A stretch of 64,000 nucleotides of DNA, taken from the NCBI GenBank assembly GCA_963739305.1, contig CAVTZU010000013.1, positions 94,008-158,007 on the forward strand, written 5' to 3'. This DNA is from Candidatus Bathyarchaeota archaeon. Its GTDB lineage: Archaea > Thermoproteota > Bathyarchaeia > Bathyarchaeales > Bathycorpusculaceae. Below, piece after piece: positions 39,872 to 49,135 of this stretch. Numbering within the stretch: position 1 is the stretch's first letter; every line of letters starts with the position of its first letter. A model generated the notes under the pieces. That model ran no database searches. It saw only the letters and a program-made list of their open reading frames with translations, and was not told the DNA's origin. The position numbers and the translations under genes were made by a program.

Positions 39872-40420
39872 ATGCGAGTCCCAGAGAAGTCAAAAACGAT
39901 TCAGGTTCCGGATGGCGTTCAGGTAAGTCTGGATGGAAGAAAAGTGACGGTCAAAGGTGCGAAAGGAACGCTGACGCGAGACTTCTCTCACGAACCAGTT
40001 TCGATTGAGCTTGAAGGCAAAACCGTTAGAACATGGGCTAACTGGCCTCGCAAGAAGGAATCGGCGCTGGTGGGTACGATTAATTCGCACATTCAAAACA
40101 TGATTACAGGCGTGACGAAGGGTTTTACTTACAAGCTTAAGATAGTGTTTTCGCACTTTCCAGTTTCTGCCAAACTCAAGGAGAAAACGGTTCTAATTGA
40201 GAACTTCACGGGTGAGCGAAGCCCGCGGAAAGCAAAGATAATCGGCGATGTCAAAGTGAAAATTCAAGGAGAAGACATCATAGTTCAGGGCATAAATTTG
40301 GAAGACGTGAGCCAGACCGCGGCGAACATTGAACAAGCTACCAAAGTCAAGAGAAAAGACCCTAGGATATTCTTGGACGGGCTCTATGTTTTCGAACAGG
40401 TCGAGGGAATGGAAGCATGA
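39872..40420 (+). CDS. rpl6: 50S ribosomal protein uL6
   Basis: HIQNMITGVTKGF, SHFP, DPRIFLDGLY. Confidence 0.96.
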   Translation: MRVPEKSKTIQVPDGVQVSLDGRKVTVKGAKGTLTRDFSHEPVSIELEGKTVRTWANWPRKKESALVGTINSHIQNMITGVTKGFTYKLKIVFSHFPVSAKLKEKTVLIENFTGERSPRKAKIIGDVKVKIQGEDIIVQGINLEDVSQTAANIEQATKVKRKDPRIFLDGLYVFEQVEGMEA

Positions 40421-40968
40421 CGGAGCCAAGAACCACAACTCCCAGAGAGGCACTCAGGCTCAGAAAACGTGCTAAAGCGAAGAAGCCAAAGTTCGTCAGG
40501 CCGGAAAGCTGGCGGTACTTCCGCTTGAAGGAGAATTGGCGTCACCCACGCGGATTGGATCACAAAGTGAGGTTGATGTACAAAGGCTGGCCACCCGCTG
40601 CGGGTTCTGGGTACGGCGGCCCGAAAACGTCCAGAGGGCTTCACCCATCGGGCTATACAGAGGTTCTAGTCTACAACCTTGAACAGCTCGGCCAGATAGA
40701 CCCGAAAAAACAAGCTGCCCGAATAGGCCACAGAGTGGGCAAAAGGAAGAAGGCAAACATCCTCGCGGAAGCGAGAAGAAAGAAAATAGTCGTCCTCAAC
40801 CTAAGAGAAGTCAAGGAAGCATCCAAAGAAAAAGCCCCTGAGGAAGAAGAAGGAAAGACTGAGCAGACTTCGGAGGAAAGACCGCAAGACGAAACGAGCG
40901 AGACTGCTAAAGCCAAGGACAAACGGCCGGAAGAAAAGACAAAGAAACGCAAGGGGAGAACCGAATAA
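40417..40968 (+). CDS. rpl32e: 50S ribosomal protein eL32 with charged tail
   Basis: KPKFVRPESW, WRHPRGLD, RGLHPSG. Confidence 0.95.
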   Translation: MTEPRTTTPREALRLRKRAKAKKPKFVRPESWRYFRLKENWRHPRGLDHKVRLMYKGWPPAAGSGYGGPKTSRGLHPSGYTEVLVYNLEQLGQIDPKKQAARIGHRVGKRKKANILAEARRKKIVVLNLREVKEASKEKAPEEEEGKTEQTSEERPQDETSETAKAKDKRPEEKTKKRKGRTE

Positions 40969-40970
40969 AA

Positions 40971-41426
40971 ATGACGAACCTTAACAGTCAACGCCGAGTT
41001 GCTGCCCAAGTGCTCAAAATAGGACTAAACCGCGTTTGGATTGACCCTGAAAGGGGCGAAGACGTGGAGACAGCCATGACCCGAGAAGAGATCAGGAGGC
41101 TCATCCATGAAGGCGTCATTAAATCACTTCCTGCAACGGGCATAAGTCGCGGAAGAACACGAATACTGCGCGCGAAGAAAAGGAAAGGCAGGAGAAGCGG
41201 TCAAGGCAGCCGAACGGGCACAAGCCACGCAAGAGTTTCCAAGAAACAGGCTTGGATGAGAAAGATCAGAGCCTTGCGAAAAAGGCTGAGACATTTGAAG
41301 ACGAAGAAGATAATCCCCGAGACTTCTTACCAAGACTTATACAGGATGGCTGGCAGTGGAAGATTCGAGTCGGTTGCCGACATGGACCGTTACTTGAAGG
41401 CTCGCGAACTCTGGAGGAAGCGATAG
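40971..41426 (+). CDS. rpl19e: 50S ribosomal protein eL19
   Basis: QRRVAA..RVWIDP, GISRGR, WMRKIRALR. Confidence 0.96.
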   Translation: MTNLNSQRRVAAQVLKIGLNRVWIDPERGEDVETAMTREEIRRLIHEGVIKSLPATGISRGRTRILRAKKRKGRRSGQGSRTGTSHARVSKKQAWMRKIRALRKRLRHLKTKKIIPETSYQDLYRMAGSGRFESVADMDRYLKARELWRKR

Positions 41427-42031
41427 TGGCAAGAGACTCTCGCTACTGCACCAAATTCCGGCGGAGAAGAGAAGGAAAAACAGACTATCACGCAAGGAAA
41501 GCCTTAGTGATTTCAGGCGTTCCACGCCTCGTAACGCGCACTAGCATAAACAACATAATTGCGCAGGTAGTCGTCGCCAAACCAAAAGGGGACGAAGTTC
41601 TCGTATCAGCTCACAGCCGCGAGCTGGTCAAGTATGGTTGGAAGGCTCCGAGAGGGAACATTTCCGCAGCCTACCTGACCGGGTTCTTGTGTGGGCTGAA
41701 AGCAAAGGCTCACGGAGTTGAAGAGGCAATTCTAGACATCGGCTTGTACCGGCCCACTAAGGGAGCTAGGGTATTCGCGTTACTGAAGGGTGTCTTAGAC
41801 GCAAAAGTCAACGTTCCACACAGCGAAGAAAAATTGCCTGATGAAAAAAGAATAAAGGGCGAACACATCGCCAAGTACGCGGAGAGCCTTGCAGGCGAGG
41901 CAGAAGAGTATCAGTCAACATGGTCGAATTATCTGAAACAGGACCTTAAGCCAGAGACTCTTCCCAAACACTTTGAACAAGTCAAGAAACAGATGGTTGA
42001 AGCATTCAAGAGCAGAGGTAAGAAAGATTGA
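41426..42031 (+). CDS. rpl18: 50S ribosomal protein uL18
   Basis: FRRRREGKTDY, AAYLTG, ILDIGL; GTG start overlaps the rpl19e stop. Confidence 0.95.
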   Translation: MARDSRYCTKFRRRREGKTDYHARKALVISGVPRLVTRTSINNIIAQVVVAKPKGDEVLVSAHSRELVKYGWKAPRGNISAAYLTGFLCGLKAKAHGVEEAILDIGLYRPTKGARVFALLKGVLDAKVNVPHSEEKLPDEKRIKGEHIAKYAESLAGEAEEYQSTWSNYLKQDLKPETLPKHFEQVKKQMVEAFKSRGKKD

Positions 42032-42690
42032 TGTCCAGAGGCCGAAGAAGAGGTCGGAGAGAAGAATCACACGCGAACTTGGAGCAGTGGGTGCCGAGAA
42101 CACGTCTGGGAAAAATGATTCAGGAAGGCAAGGTAACCTCCATTGAAGAGGTCTTCATGGCAGGTCTTCAAATACGCGAGTCACAGATAGTTGACGCGTT
42201 GATACCTGATCTTCAGGAAGAGGTAATAAACATAAACTTGGTGCAGAAACAGACTGACGCCGGCGAAAAATCAAGGTTCAGAGCGGTAGTCGCCGTCGGA
42301 AACAGGGACGGCTACATAGGCTTAGGATCTGGGAAAGCGAGCCAGGTCAGGAACGCGATTGAAAAGGCAGCTACGGATGCGCGTCTCAAAATAGTGCCCG
42401 TCAGGCGTGGTTGTGGAAGTTGGGAATGCGGATGCGGGAGACCTCACTCTATACCCTTTCAAGTAGAAGGCAAAACTGGCGGAGTGAAAGTAGTTTTTGT
42501 CCCTGGCCCTAGGGGATTAGGACTTGTGGTTAGTGAAGTGTCGAAAGTGATATTGGGATTGGCTGGCATCAAGGACGTGTGGACCAGAACCTATGGTTCA
42601 ACCAGAACAATACCGTCGTTCGCCTACGCGGTTTTCGACGCGTTGAAACAGACTTACAGCCTCATAACGCCAACAGATTGGGTGAGATAG
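42031..42690 (+). CDS. rps5: 30S ribosomal protein uS5
   Basis: WVPRTRLG, QKQTDAG, RRGCGSWEC, PGPRGLGL. Confidence 0.96.
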   Translation: MSRGRRRGRREESHANLEQWVPRTRLGKMIQEGKVTSIEEVFMAGLQIRESQIVDALIPDLQEEVININLVQKQTDAGEKSRFRAVVAVGNRDGYIGLGSGKASQVRNAIEKAATDARLKIVPVRRGCGSWECGCGRPHSIPFQVEGKTGGVKVVFVPGPRGLGLVVSEVSKVILGLAGIKDVWTRTYGSTRTIPSFAYAVFDALKQTYSLITPTDWVR

Positions 42691-43179
42691 TTGACTGAGA
42701 AAACTGAAGCACGCAGATGCGTTGCCGTCGTCCGCATCCGCGGAACCGTGAGTGCATCTATGCAGGCGAGGGAGACATTGCAGATGCTTCACCTTCCTAG
42801 GAACAACTATGCCGCGTTGGTCGACAATCGCCCAGCGTTTCTAGGAATGTTAAGAACAGCAAAAGACTACGTTACCTACGGTGAACCTTCGAGAGAGACA
42901 GTGGACTTGCTCATAAAGAGCAAAGGAAGACTTGCAGGAAACAAAAAGTTGACGGACGATTACGCCCAGAAATCAGGGTTTAAATCACTGGACGATCTGG
43001 TGGACGCCGTGTACACAGGCAGAGCTGAATACTGGAAACTCAAGGATGTGCAACCACTATTTAGACTGCACCCGCCATCCAAGGGCTTCAAAGGCAAAAT
43101 AAAGAGACATTATGGTGCCGGAGGAGAACTTGGAAATCGCGGAGCAGAAATCAGTAAACTATTGAAGCGAATGCTATAA
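42691..43179 (+). CDS. rpl30: 50S ribosomal protein uL30
   Basis: AVVRIRG, VTYGE, FRLHPPSKGF, GELGNRG. Confidence 0.95.
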   Translation: MTEKTEARRCVAVVRIRGTVSASMQARETLQMLHLPRNNYAALVDNRPAFLGMLRTAKDYVTYGEPSRETVDLLIKSKGRLAGNKKLTDDYAQKSGFKSLDDLVDAVYTGRAEYWKLKDVQPLFRLHPPSKGFKGKIKRHYGAGGELGNRGAEISKLLKRML

Positions 43180-43272
43180 ACTGCGAAGCCGGTTTTGCTC
43201 ATTTCACAGTTTCCTTGTGCGATACGTTTTATAGTAGCTTTTGGGATGCCATGTAGCGAGGGGAGGCTTACT

Positions 43273-43725
43273 TTGAGCGCGAAGTGGCGGCGAAATAAAA
43301 GGACCTTGAAGAGATTTAACATTTTCAAGGTTTTTAACAAAACTAAAAAGAATACACCTCGAACTTTCAGGATCAAGAGCTTAACCAGCAAAAGGCGTCC
43401 TGGCAAACTGAAATATCAAGTTGAGAAGATATCGGAGGAGAATTTGAAAGAGCCTCCGCGGTTGATAGATGTTCTCGAAGATGATGATGAAATTGCAGTT
43501 GTCGCCGAGTTTGCGGGTTTCAGCAAAGAGAATCTAAGAATCAACGTGAAGAATCAACGGCTCACATTGTATGCAGCGGCTTCAGATCGCAAATACCGCA
43601 AAAGCTTAAATCTTCCCAAGAGAGTGATTCCCGACACTGCGTGCACAACGTATAAGAATGGCGTCCTCGAAATACGATTAAAAAAAGCGCTTGAACAGGA
43701 AGCAATGGATAGAATAGCAGGGTAA
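43273..43725 (+). CDS. Hsp20/alpha-crystallin domain protein with very basic N-terminus
   Basis: EPPRLIDVLEDDDEIAVVAEFAG..KYRKSLNLP..TYKNGVLEIRLKK; GGGAGG RBS before TTG 43273. Confidence 0.8.
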   Translation: MSAKWRRNKRTLKRFNIFKVFNKTKKNTPRTFRIKSLTSKRRPGKLKYQVEKISEENLKEPPRLIDVLEDDDEIAVVAEFAGFSKENLRINVKNQRLTLYAAASDRKYRKSLNLPKRVIPDTACTTYKNGVLEIRLKKALEQEAMDRIAG

Positions 43726-43729
43726 GAAA

Positions 43730-44170
43730 ATGCCGCACGACCTGAGGAAGACAAGAAAGAAAAGAGGTTCAAGAACTGTAGGTTGGGGTAGAGTAGGCCA
43801 ACATAGGCGAAGGGGCGGAAAGCCTTACAGGAACTCAGGTCGACACAAGGCATTGTGGTCCTACATAATAAAATACGACCCAGACTATTACAGCAAGATA
43901 GGGTTTACTTCTCCGAAGAGTCTCAGACAAGAAGTCAACGTAATAAACGTGGGGACTCTTGACGGAATCGCTGAGAAACTCTGGGTCGAAAGGGAGGAAG
44001 GCAAGTTTTTCATAGACCTTGAAAGCCTTGGCTACACCAAGCTTCTTGGCTCAGGCAGGATCGCAAAGGCGCTCGTGGTGAAAGTGCCTGCTTTTTCGAA
44101 ATCAGCCGCTGAGAAGATCAAGGAAGCAGGCGGAGAAATCCTAGAAGAGAAACAGGGATCTGGAGAGTAG
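43730..44170 (+). CDS. rpl15: 50S ribosomal protein uL15
   Basis: RKKRGSRTVGWG, KLLGSG, SAAEKIKEAGG. Confidence 0.95.
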   Translation: MPHDLRKTRKKRGSRTVGWGRVGQHRRRGGKPYRNSGRHKALWSYIIKYDPDYYSKIGFTSPKSLRQEVNVINVGTLDGIAEKLWVEREEGKFFIDLESLGYTKLLGSGRIAKALVVKVPAFSKSAAEKIKEAGGEILEEKQGSGE

Positions 44171-44180
44171 CTGTTAGTCC

Positions 44181-45644
44181 ATGGCGGGCAGATTTCTCTC
44201 ATTATTCAAGCCTATTGCACGGGCCGTTCCTGAAATAAAAGTTCCGGAACGCAGAGTCCGCTTCAACGAGAAGGTTTTCTGGACCGCGCTCGTTTTGATA
44301 ATCTTCTTGGTAATGTCCGAGGTTCCCCTCTTCGGCGTTGTGAAAACGTCTTTAGGCGAACTAGCCGCGCTGAGGATAATCTTCGCTTCTAGCCGTGGGA
44401 GCCTAATGGAACTCGGGATCGGCCCAATAGTCACTGCAGGGTTGATACTGCAGCTTCTGGTAGGATCACAGATGATTCAAGCTGACATGAGCAACCCTGA
44501 GGACAGAGGGCTGTTTACTACTGCAAGCAAAGTGTTCTCCATTATTCTCACTGGAGTTCAGGCGTCTGCCTACATAATCGGGGGAATGTATGGATCGCTG
44601 AGTGGACCCATTTCAGTCATCGTGTTTCTGCAGCTGATAGGAGCGGGAATAGTTGTTCTGCTGCTAGACGAGCTAGTCCAGAAAGGATGGGGATTCGGAA
44701 GTGGCATCAGTCTGTTCATCATGGCAGGTGTTGCTCAACACATTTTCTGGCAGGCTTTCACGCCTTTGCCAGGAGTCGGTACTACGGCGCAAACGGGGGG
44801 GTTACCCTACGGTTTCTTTTTTGCCTTAGGTACCGCGCTGGCGAGGGGCGAGTCTGTTGGAGTTCTCTGGTTGAGAGGTCAGAACCCCTCGTTGCTGGGA
44901 TTGATCGCCACGATTGGAGTTTTCCTAATCATCATTTACATGGAAGGTGTACGGGTCGAGTTGCCGTTGTCGTACGCAGGTTACAAGGGTTACAGGAGCA
45001 GGTACCCGATAAAATTGCTTTACGTGTCTAACCTACCTGTGATTTTCGCTTCCGCTCTTTTTGCTAACGTGTACTTTTTCTCGCAGCTCTTCTGGAGCAT
45101 GAGCGGACAACCTAACCCAGGAGTCAACCCATGGCTGGACATCTTGGGGCAATTTAAGGTGAACACAACGACAAGCTCGACTGGGACAACTTCGTCTTCG
45201 ATATCGCCAATCGGTGGTCTCGTGTATTATGTGACAGCGCCTCAATATTTCCAGCAAGTCATGGCAGACCCGTTTAAAGCGTTCGGGTACCTTGGAATAT
45301 TGATAGTCTTCTGCGTTGTCTTCTCCCTAACGTGGCTAGAGGTAGGTGGTCTAGGGCCGTCGACCGTTGCAAACCAGCTCGTGGACGCAGGAATGCAGAT
45401 TCCTGGGTACAGACGATCCGGAAAGGCGGTGGAGTCAATCCTGAAACGCTACATCCCTGCGGTCACTGTTCTGGGCGGAATCGTCGTCGCACTGATTGCG
45501 GGCATAGCAGACTTCTTTGGAGTCTTCGGTTCAGGAATGGGCATCCTTCTTTCCGTGGGCATAGTCTACCAGTACTATGAAGTCCTCATGCAGGAAAGAG
45601 CCGCTGAAATGTACCCGGCGTTTAGGCGCATATTCGGGGAATAA
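44181..45644 (+). CDS. secY: Preprotein translocase SecY
   Basis: GSLMELGIGPIVTAG, KGWGFGSGISLFI, YPIKLLYVSNLP, QIPGYR. Confidence 0.97.
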   Translation: MAGRFLSLFKPIARAVPEIKVPERRVRFNEKVFWTALVLIIFLVMSEVPLFGVVKTSLGELAALRIIFASSRGSLMELGIGPIVTAGLILQLLVGSQMIQADMSNPEDRGLFTTASKVFSIILTGVQASAYIIGGMYGSLSGPISVIVFLQLIGAGIVVLLLDELVQKGWGFGSGISLFIMAGVAQHIFWQAFTPLPGVGTTAQTGGLPYGFFFALGTALARGESVGVLWLRGQNPSLLGLIATIGVFLIIIYMEGVRVELPLSYAGYKGYRSRYPIKLLYVSNLPVIFASALFANVYFFSQLFWSMSGQPNPGVNPWLDILGQFKVNTTTSSTGTTSSSISPIGGLVYYVTAPQYFQQVMADPFKAFGYLGILIVFCVVFSLTWLEVGGLGPSTVANQLVDAGMQIPGYRRSGKAVESILKRYIPAVTVLGGIVVALIAGIADFFGVFGSGMGILLSVGIVYQYYEVLMQERAAEMYPAFRRIFGE

Positions 45645-45648
45645 CCCA

Positions 45649-46244
45649 ATGAACGGGCCCGTTATCGCTTCTGGAATACTGGGAACTGAAAAGACCATTG
45701 TTTACGGCTTTGTTGAGAAGCTCGGCAAGAAAGCCGGCGTCCAGATCAACGTGACAAACTAAGGCACAGTTATGTTGGAGATTCTTCAGAAATCCGGGAG
45801 ACACTTGGAAAGAGATGAGATGAGAAAAGATACGATGGAGATCCAAGGTGGCATGCAAAGACAGGTGGCGGAGGCAGTGGCGCAAAAAGCAAAACAGTTC
45901 AACGGAATGACCATCATGGGCACTCACACGGCGATAAATACTCTCCGAGGGATGCTTACCAGGTCTTTCAAGCAACAACCTGAGCATACTCCAGCCCCAA
46001 CTGCTCGTACTCGTGGAAGCCGAGCCCAGTGAGATCTCTTCAAGAAGACTCAAAGACTTTGGCAGAAAGAGAGATAACGAGGTCGAGGAGTCTGTAAAGG
46101 GAAGAGCTCACATTCTCAAGAGTGATAGCGGGCGTGTGCGCTGTGCTTATAAGCGTACCCGTGAAAGTAGTTGTCAATTCGAAAGGAAAACCTGAAGAGG
46201 CTGCGGAACAGATACTGAAAGTATTGGGAGTGGTGCAGAAATGA
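45649..46244 (+). pseudogene. adkA: Archaeal adenylate kinase pseudogene
   Basis: Canonical position after secY; remnants RDEMRK, LPGL, LVEAEPSEI..RR; in-frame TAA 45760-45762, +1 shifts near 45943 and 46100, P-loop decayed to GILGTEKTI. Confidence 0.85.
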
Positions 46245-46742
46245 CGTTGATGGTATGGGATATAATCTCCGTCCTCCAGCAAAGACCATACGCCACTCTG
46301 TTCATACTCAGCATTGCCGCATCGATTTCATTACTTACCACCCTAGTGAACCGTCTGATCACTAATCCAGCAAAGTCAAAGGACCTCACGAAAAGAAGTC
46401 ACTGAATGGAACAAGGAGCTACGCGAAGCACAACGTGGCAAAGACAAAAAAACGGTTGAAAGACTCATGAAAAAACAGCAGTACATCATGCAACTTCAGA
46501 CCAAGATGATGTGGAACTCGATGAAGGTTTCACTGCTCTTCCTGATTCCGCTGCTTTTGATGTGGCAAGTATTAGGCGGATTCTATTCTAACATACCCAA
46601 CATAGCGATTTTTCCAGGATTAGGCCCGATTCTCCCTCTGCCGATCTTCAACACACCTCTAATCTGGTGGTATCTGCTGTGCTCACTGCTTTTCGGCACA
46701 GCCTTCTCACATGTTTTTGGGCTGACAGAGGTGAGTGAATAG
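46241..46742 (+). CDS. DUF106 / EMC3-TMCO1 (Oxa1 superfamily) membrane insertase (+1 frameshift near 46384)
   Basis: N-terminal TM, coiled coil, WWYLLCS motif; canonical position between adk and rpl34e. Confidence 0.8.
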
Positions 46743-46743
46743 A

Positions 46744-47013
46744 ATGGTGAGACCTAGTGGACGAACCCGAAGCAGAAAACGCGCAACTAAACCTCTGCCA
46801 GGCGGACGAACTGGAACACAATTCAAGAATGAAATCACCGCGCCTTCGCGGTGCAGCAGTTGCGGTCAGCTTCTAGGTGGAAAATCGAGTAATTCTCCAT
46901 TGAAATCACGCAAGTCCAATCTTAGCAACAAGAGAATTTTCCGTCTTTATGGAGGACAACTCTGTCACAATTGTCTGAAAGCAGGATTAAGAAAAGCTGC
47001 CAGAACAGTGTAA
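46744..47013 (+). CDS. rpl34e: 50S ribosomal protein eL34
   Basis: RTRSRKR..PGG..CSSCG..RLYGGQLCHNC. Confidence 0.9.
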   Translation: MVRPSGRTRSRKRATKPLPGGRTGTQFKNEITAPSRCSSCGQLLGGKSSNSPLKSRKSNLSNKRIFRLYGGQLCHNCLKAGLRKAARTV

Positions 47014-47029
47014 ATCAAGGCTCTGAGGT

Positions 47030-47638
47030 GTGCAGATGAATCCAGCAGGCAATACCAGAACACGACGTAGGGGACCTGTGATAATCTGCATCTGCGGGAT
47101 GGCTGGAAGTGGAAAAAGCACACTCTCGAAAAAAGTGGCGGAGCAGTACAATCTGAGGTATTTCTCAGGTGGAGACGCGTTAATGGAGCTAGCGATGGAT
47201 GAAGGATATCGATCGCTAGAACGCGGTTGGTGGGAAAGCAAAGAAGGGCTGCGTTTTCTGGAAAGAAGAAGAAAAGATCCTCGTTTCGACAAGGCAGTTG
47301 ACGAAAAGCTGCTAGAAGTGGCACAGAGGGGAAACGTGGTGTTGGACAGCTGGACCATGCCATGGCTTCTTCATAAAGGCTTCAAGATATGGCTAGAAGC
47401 ATCGCCGGAGAAGCGAGCTGAAAGGATAGCTGGAAGAGACAGGATGAGTTACGAAAGCGCCCTGGAAGCTCTGAACAAGAAAGAAAGACAGACCAAAGCA
47501 ATTTACAAAGAGATGTACGGCTTCAAGCTTGGAGATGATCTTGAACCATTCAACTTCGTTCTCGACACAGAAAGCTTGAGTGCCCATGAAGTCTACGAGG
47601 TTCTTCGTCTAGTGATCGAAAACCTGGTGCTCAAGTAG
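47030..47638 (+). CDS. cmk: Cytidylate kinase (archaeal type)
   Basis: GMAGSGKST P-loop, SGGD, RAERIAGRD; canonical position; start uncertain. Confidence 0.9.
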   Translation: MQMNPAGNTRTRRRGPVIICICGMAGSGKSTLSKKVAEQYNLRYFSGGDALMELAMDEGYRSLERGWWESKEGLRFLERRRKDPRFDKAVDEKLLEVAQRGNVVLDSWTMPWLLHKGFKIWLEASPEKRAERIAGRDRMSYESALEALNKKERQTKAIYKEMYGFKLGDDLEPFNFVLDTESLSAHEVYEVLRLVIENLVLK

Positions 47639-47751
47639 CGCGTGCCATTTTCTAAAGGCGGACGAGTTTTCCTTTTCTAGCGCATTAAGACTTAAGTCGC
47701 CCCGCAAAATATTTAAACAAACCAGACCCTACAACAGTACCGAGCGATTGC

Positions 47752-47877
47752 ATGGTAGACCGCGACCTGTTTCAGCTGGAGGACACTAATATCAAACGAA
47801 CCTCGAAAGATTTGGCCCTCGTCTGGAGGGAATTCGACCGCTTGGTCGATATAGAGGAAGTCGCTCAAGACAGGTAG
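47752..47877 (+). CDS. Putative 41-aa peptide (absent from the ORF track)
   Basis: MVDRDLFQLEDTNIKRTSKDLALVWREFDRLVDIEEVAQDR; AAAATATTTAAA TATA-like element about 35-45 nt upstream. Confidence 0.4.
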   Translation: MVDRDLFQLEDTNIKRTSKDLALVWREFDRLVDIEEVAQDR

Positions 47878-47890
47878 ACGAAAGGAAGAC

Positions 47891-48973
47891 TCAGTTTTTC
47901 GTTGCCCTGCGCATCCATGCCAGTTGGGCGACGGGAGTGTTCTTCAGAAAAAGTCTGACGTTTCTCCACTGTTCTTGGGCCAACTGAAGGTTTGCAAGCA
48001 CGCTTCCGTGAAGAGAATAAAAGATGTAGCACATGTATGTGCACTGCTTGCACTTGCTGTACTTCTTTCTCAAGGCCCTAAGTTTCGAAGTGTTCCATAT
48101 TTTGGGCAACTCGAATATCGTGGTTGCCGGGTCATGCAGGTGACATCCAGCGACCCGACCCATGTGGTCAATCACAAAGAAGTTCTGGAACGCGCGACAT
48201 TGCCATGGTCTTTCCCCCGTGAGATACAATTTCTTAATGGCTTTCAAGAGTTTTGTCGTCATGAAGATGCCTGGATTTCCCTTTTTCATTTCCATCAAAG
48301 AATCGCAGAGTTTGACCATTGATTCTCTGTCGGTTATTGCGAATTTGTCGTTCTTCTTTCCGATCTTGAAAAGATGTTTTTCGTCGCTTTCTGAGTCGTA
48401 CGAGTACAGGCAGTACCAGACCGGTACATTTTTATTTGTGAAGTATCTTGTGAAGTCGACGATCTCATACAGGTTGTACTGGGATATCGTCGGTGAGACG
48501 CCCACAGAAATTCCTTCTTTGCGAAGTCTCTCAACGGCCTCCATCGAGTTTTTCCAAGCGCCCTTGACGCCTCGCACGTAATCGTTCTTTTTCGAATCCA
48601 AGCTGTCGATTGAAATTGCCACAAGGTCCGCTTTGCGTAACGCATCGATTTTCTTGATCGCCATGCTGCCGTTGTCGTAGACTGTGGTTATGAAATACTT
48701 CGACGCATAGTCTATTATTTCGTCTATGTCCTCTCTTAAAAGCGGGTTGCCGCCTGAGAGTACAAGGTCGACCACGCCAAGGTCTCGCAGGATGTCTAAG
48801 CCTTTTTTCACTTCTTTGGTTGACAATTCTTCTGTTTCTTGTTGACGCCAAACGTTGCAACTTTTGCAGCGGAAATTGCATTTTCTCGTTAGCATCCACT
48901 GTGCATGATAGGGGCTATTGGGAGTCAAGGATCGAATAGCGATTCTGCGTGCTTTTTTGAGGGACATGACCAA
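47891..48973 (-). CDS. Radical SAM protein with SPASM/Twitch domain
   Basis: CNFRCKSC, SGGNPLL, C-terminal WQC..GC..CKQCTYMC. Confidence 0.88.
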   Translation of the reverse strand: MVMSLKKARRIAIRSLTPNSPYHAQWMLTRKCNFRCKSCNVWRQQETEELSTKEVKKGLDILRDLGVVDLVLSGGNPLLREDIDEIIDYASKYFITTVYDNGSMAIKKIDALRKADLVAISIDSLDSKKNDYVRGVKGAWKNSMEAVERLRKEGISVGVSPTISQYNLYEIVDFTRYFTNKNVPVWYCLYSYDSESDEKHLFKIGKKNDKFAITDRESMVKLCDSLMEMKKGNPGIFMTTKLLKAIKKLYLTGERPWQCRAFQNFFVIDHMGRVAGCHLHDPATTIFELPKIWNTSKLRALRKKYSKCKQCTYMCYIFYSLHGSVLANLQLAQEQWRNVRLFLKNTPVAQLAWMRRATKN

Positions 48974-49135
48974 AGTCGTTGGCGCCTCGGATTTTCTCAG
49001 CTAACACAAGATGTTGTTTGCTTAGGCAAAGTCGCAATATGGGGAAATCCTATATAAAGGTAGACTTCTGAGGAAATAGGAAACATACGGGCTTTGCACT
49101 TCTAAGTGCATGATGGAGATCAAGTTCGGATCCCA

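Noticed and set aside
45760-45762. Stop-codon readthrough or recoding in adkA
   Set aside because: The codon is TAA, not TGA or TAG, and the gene has further lesions including the P-loop
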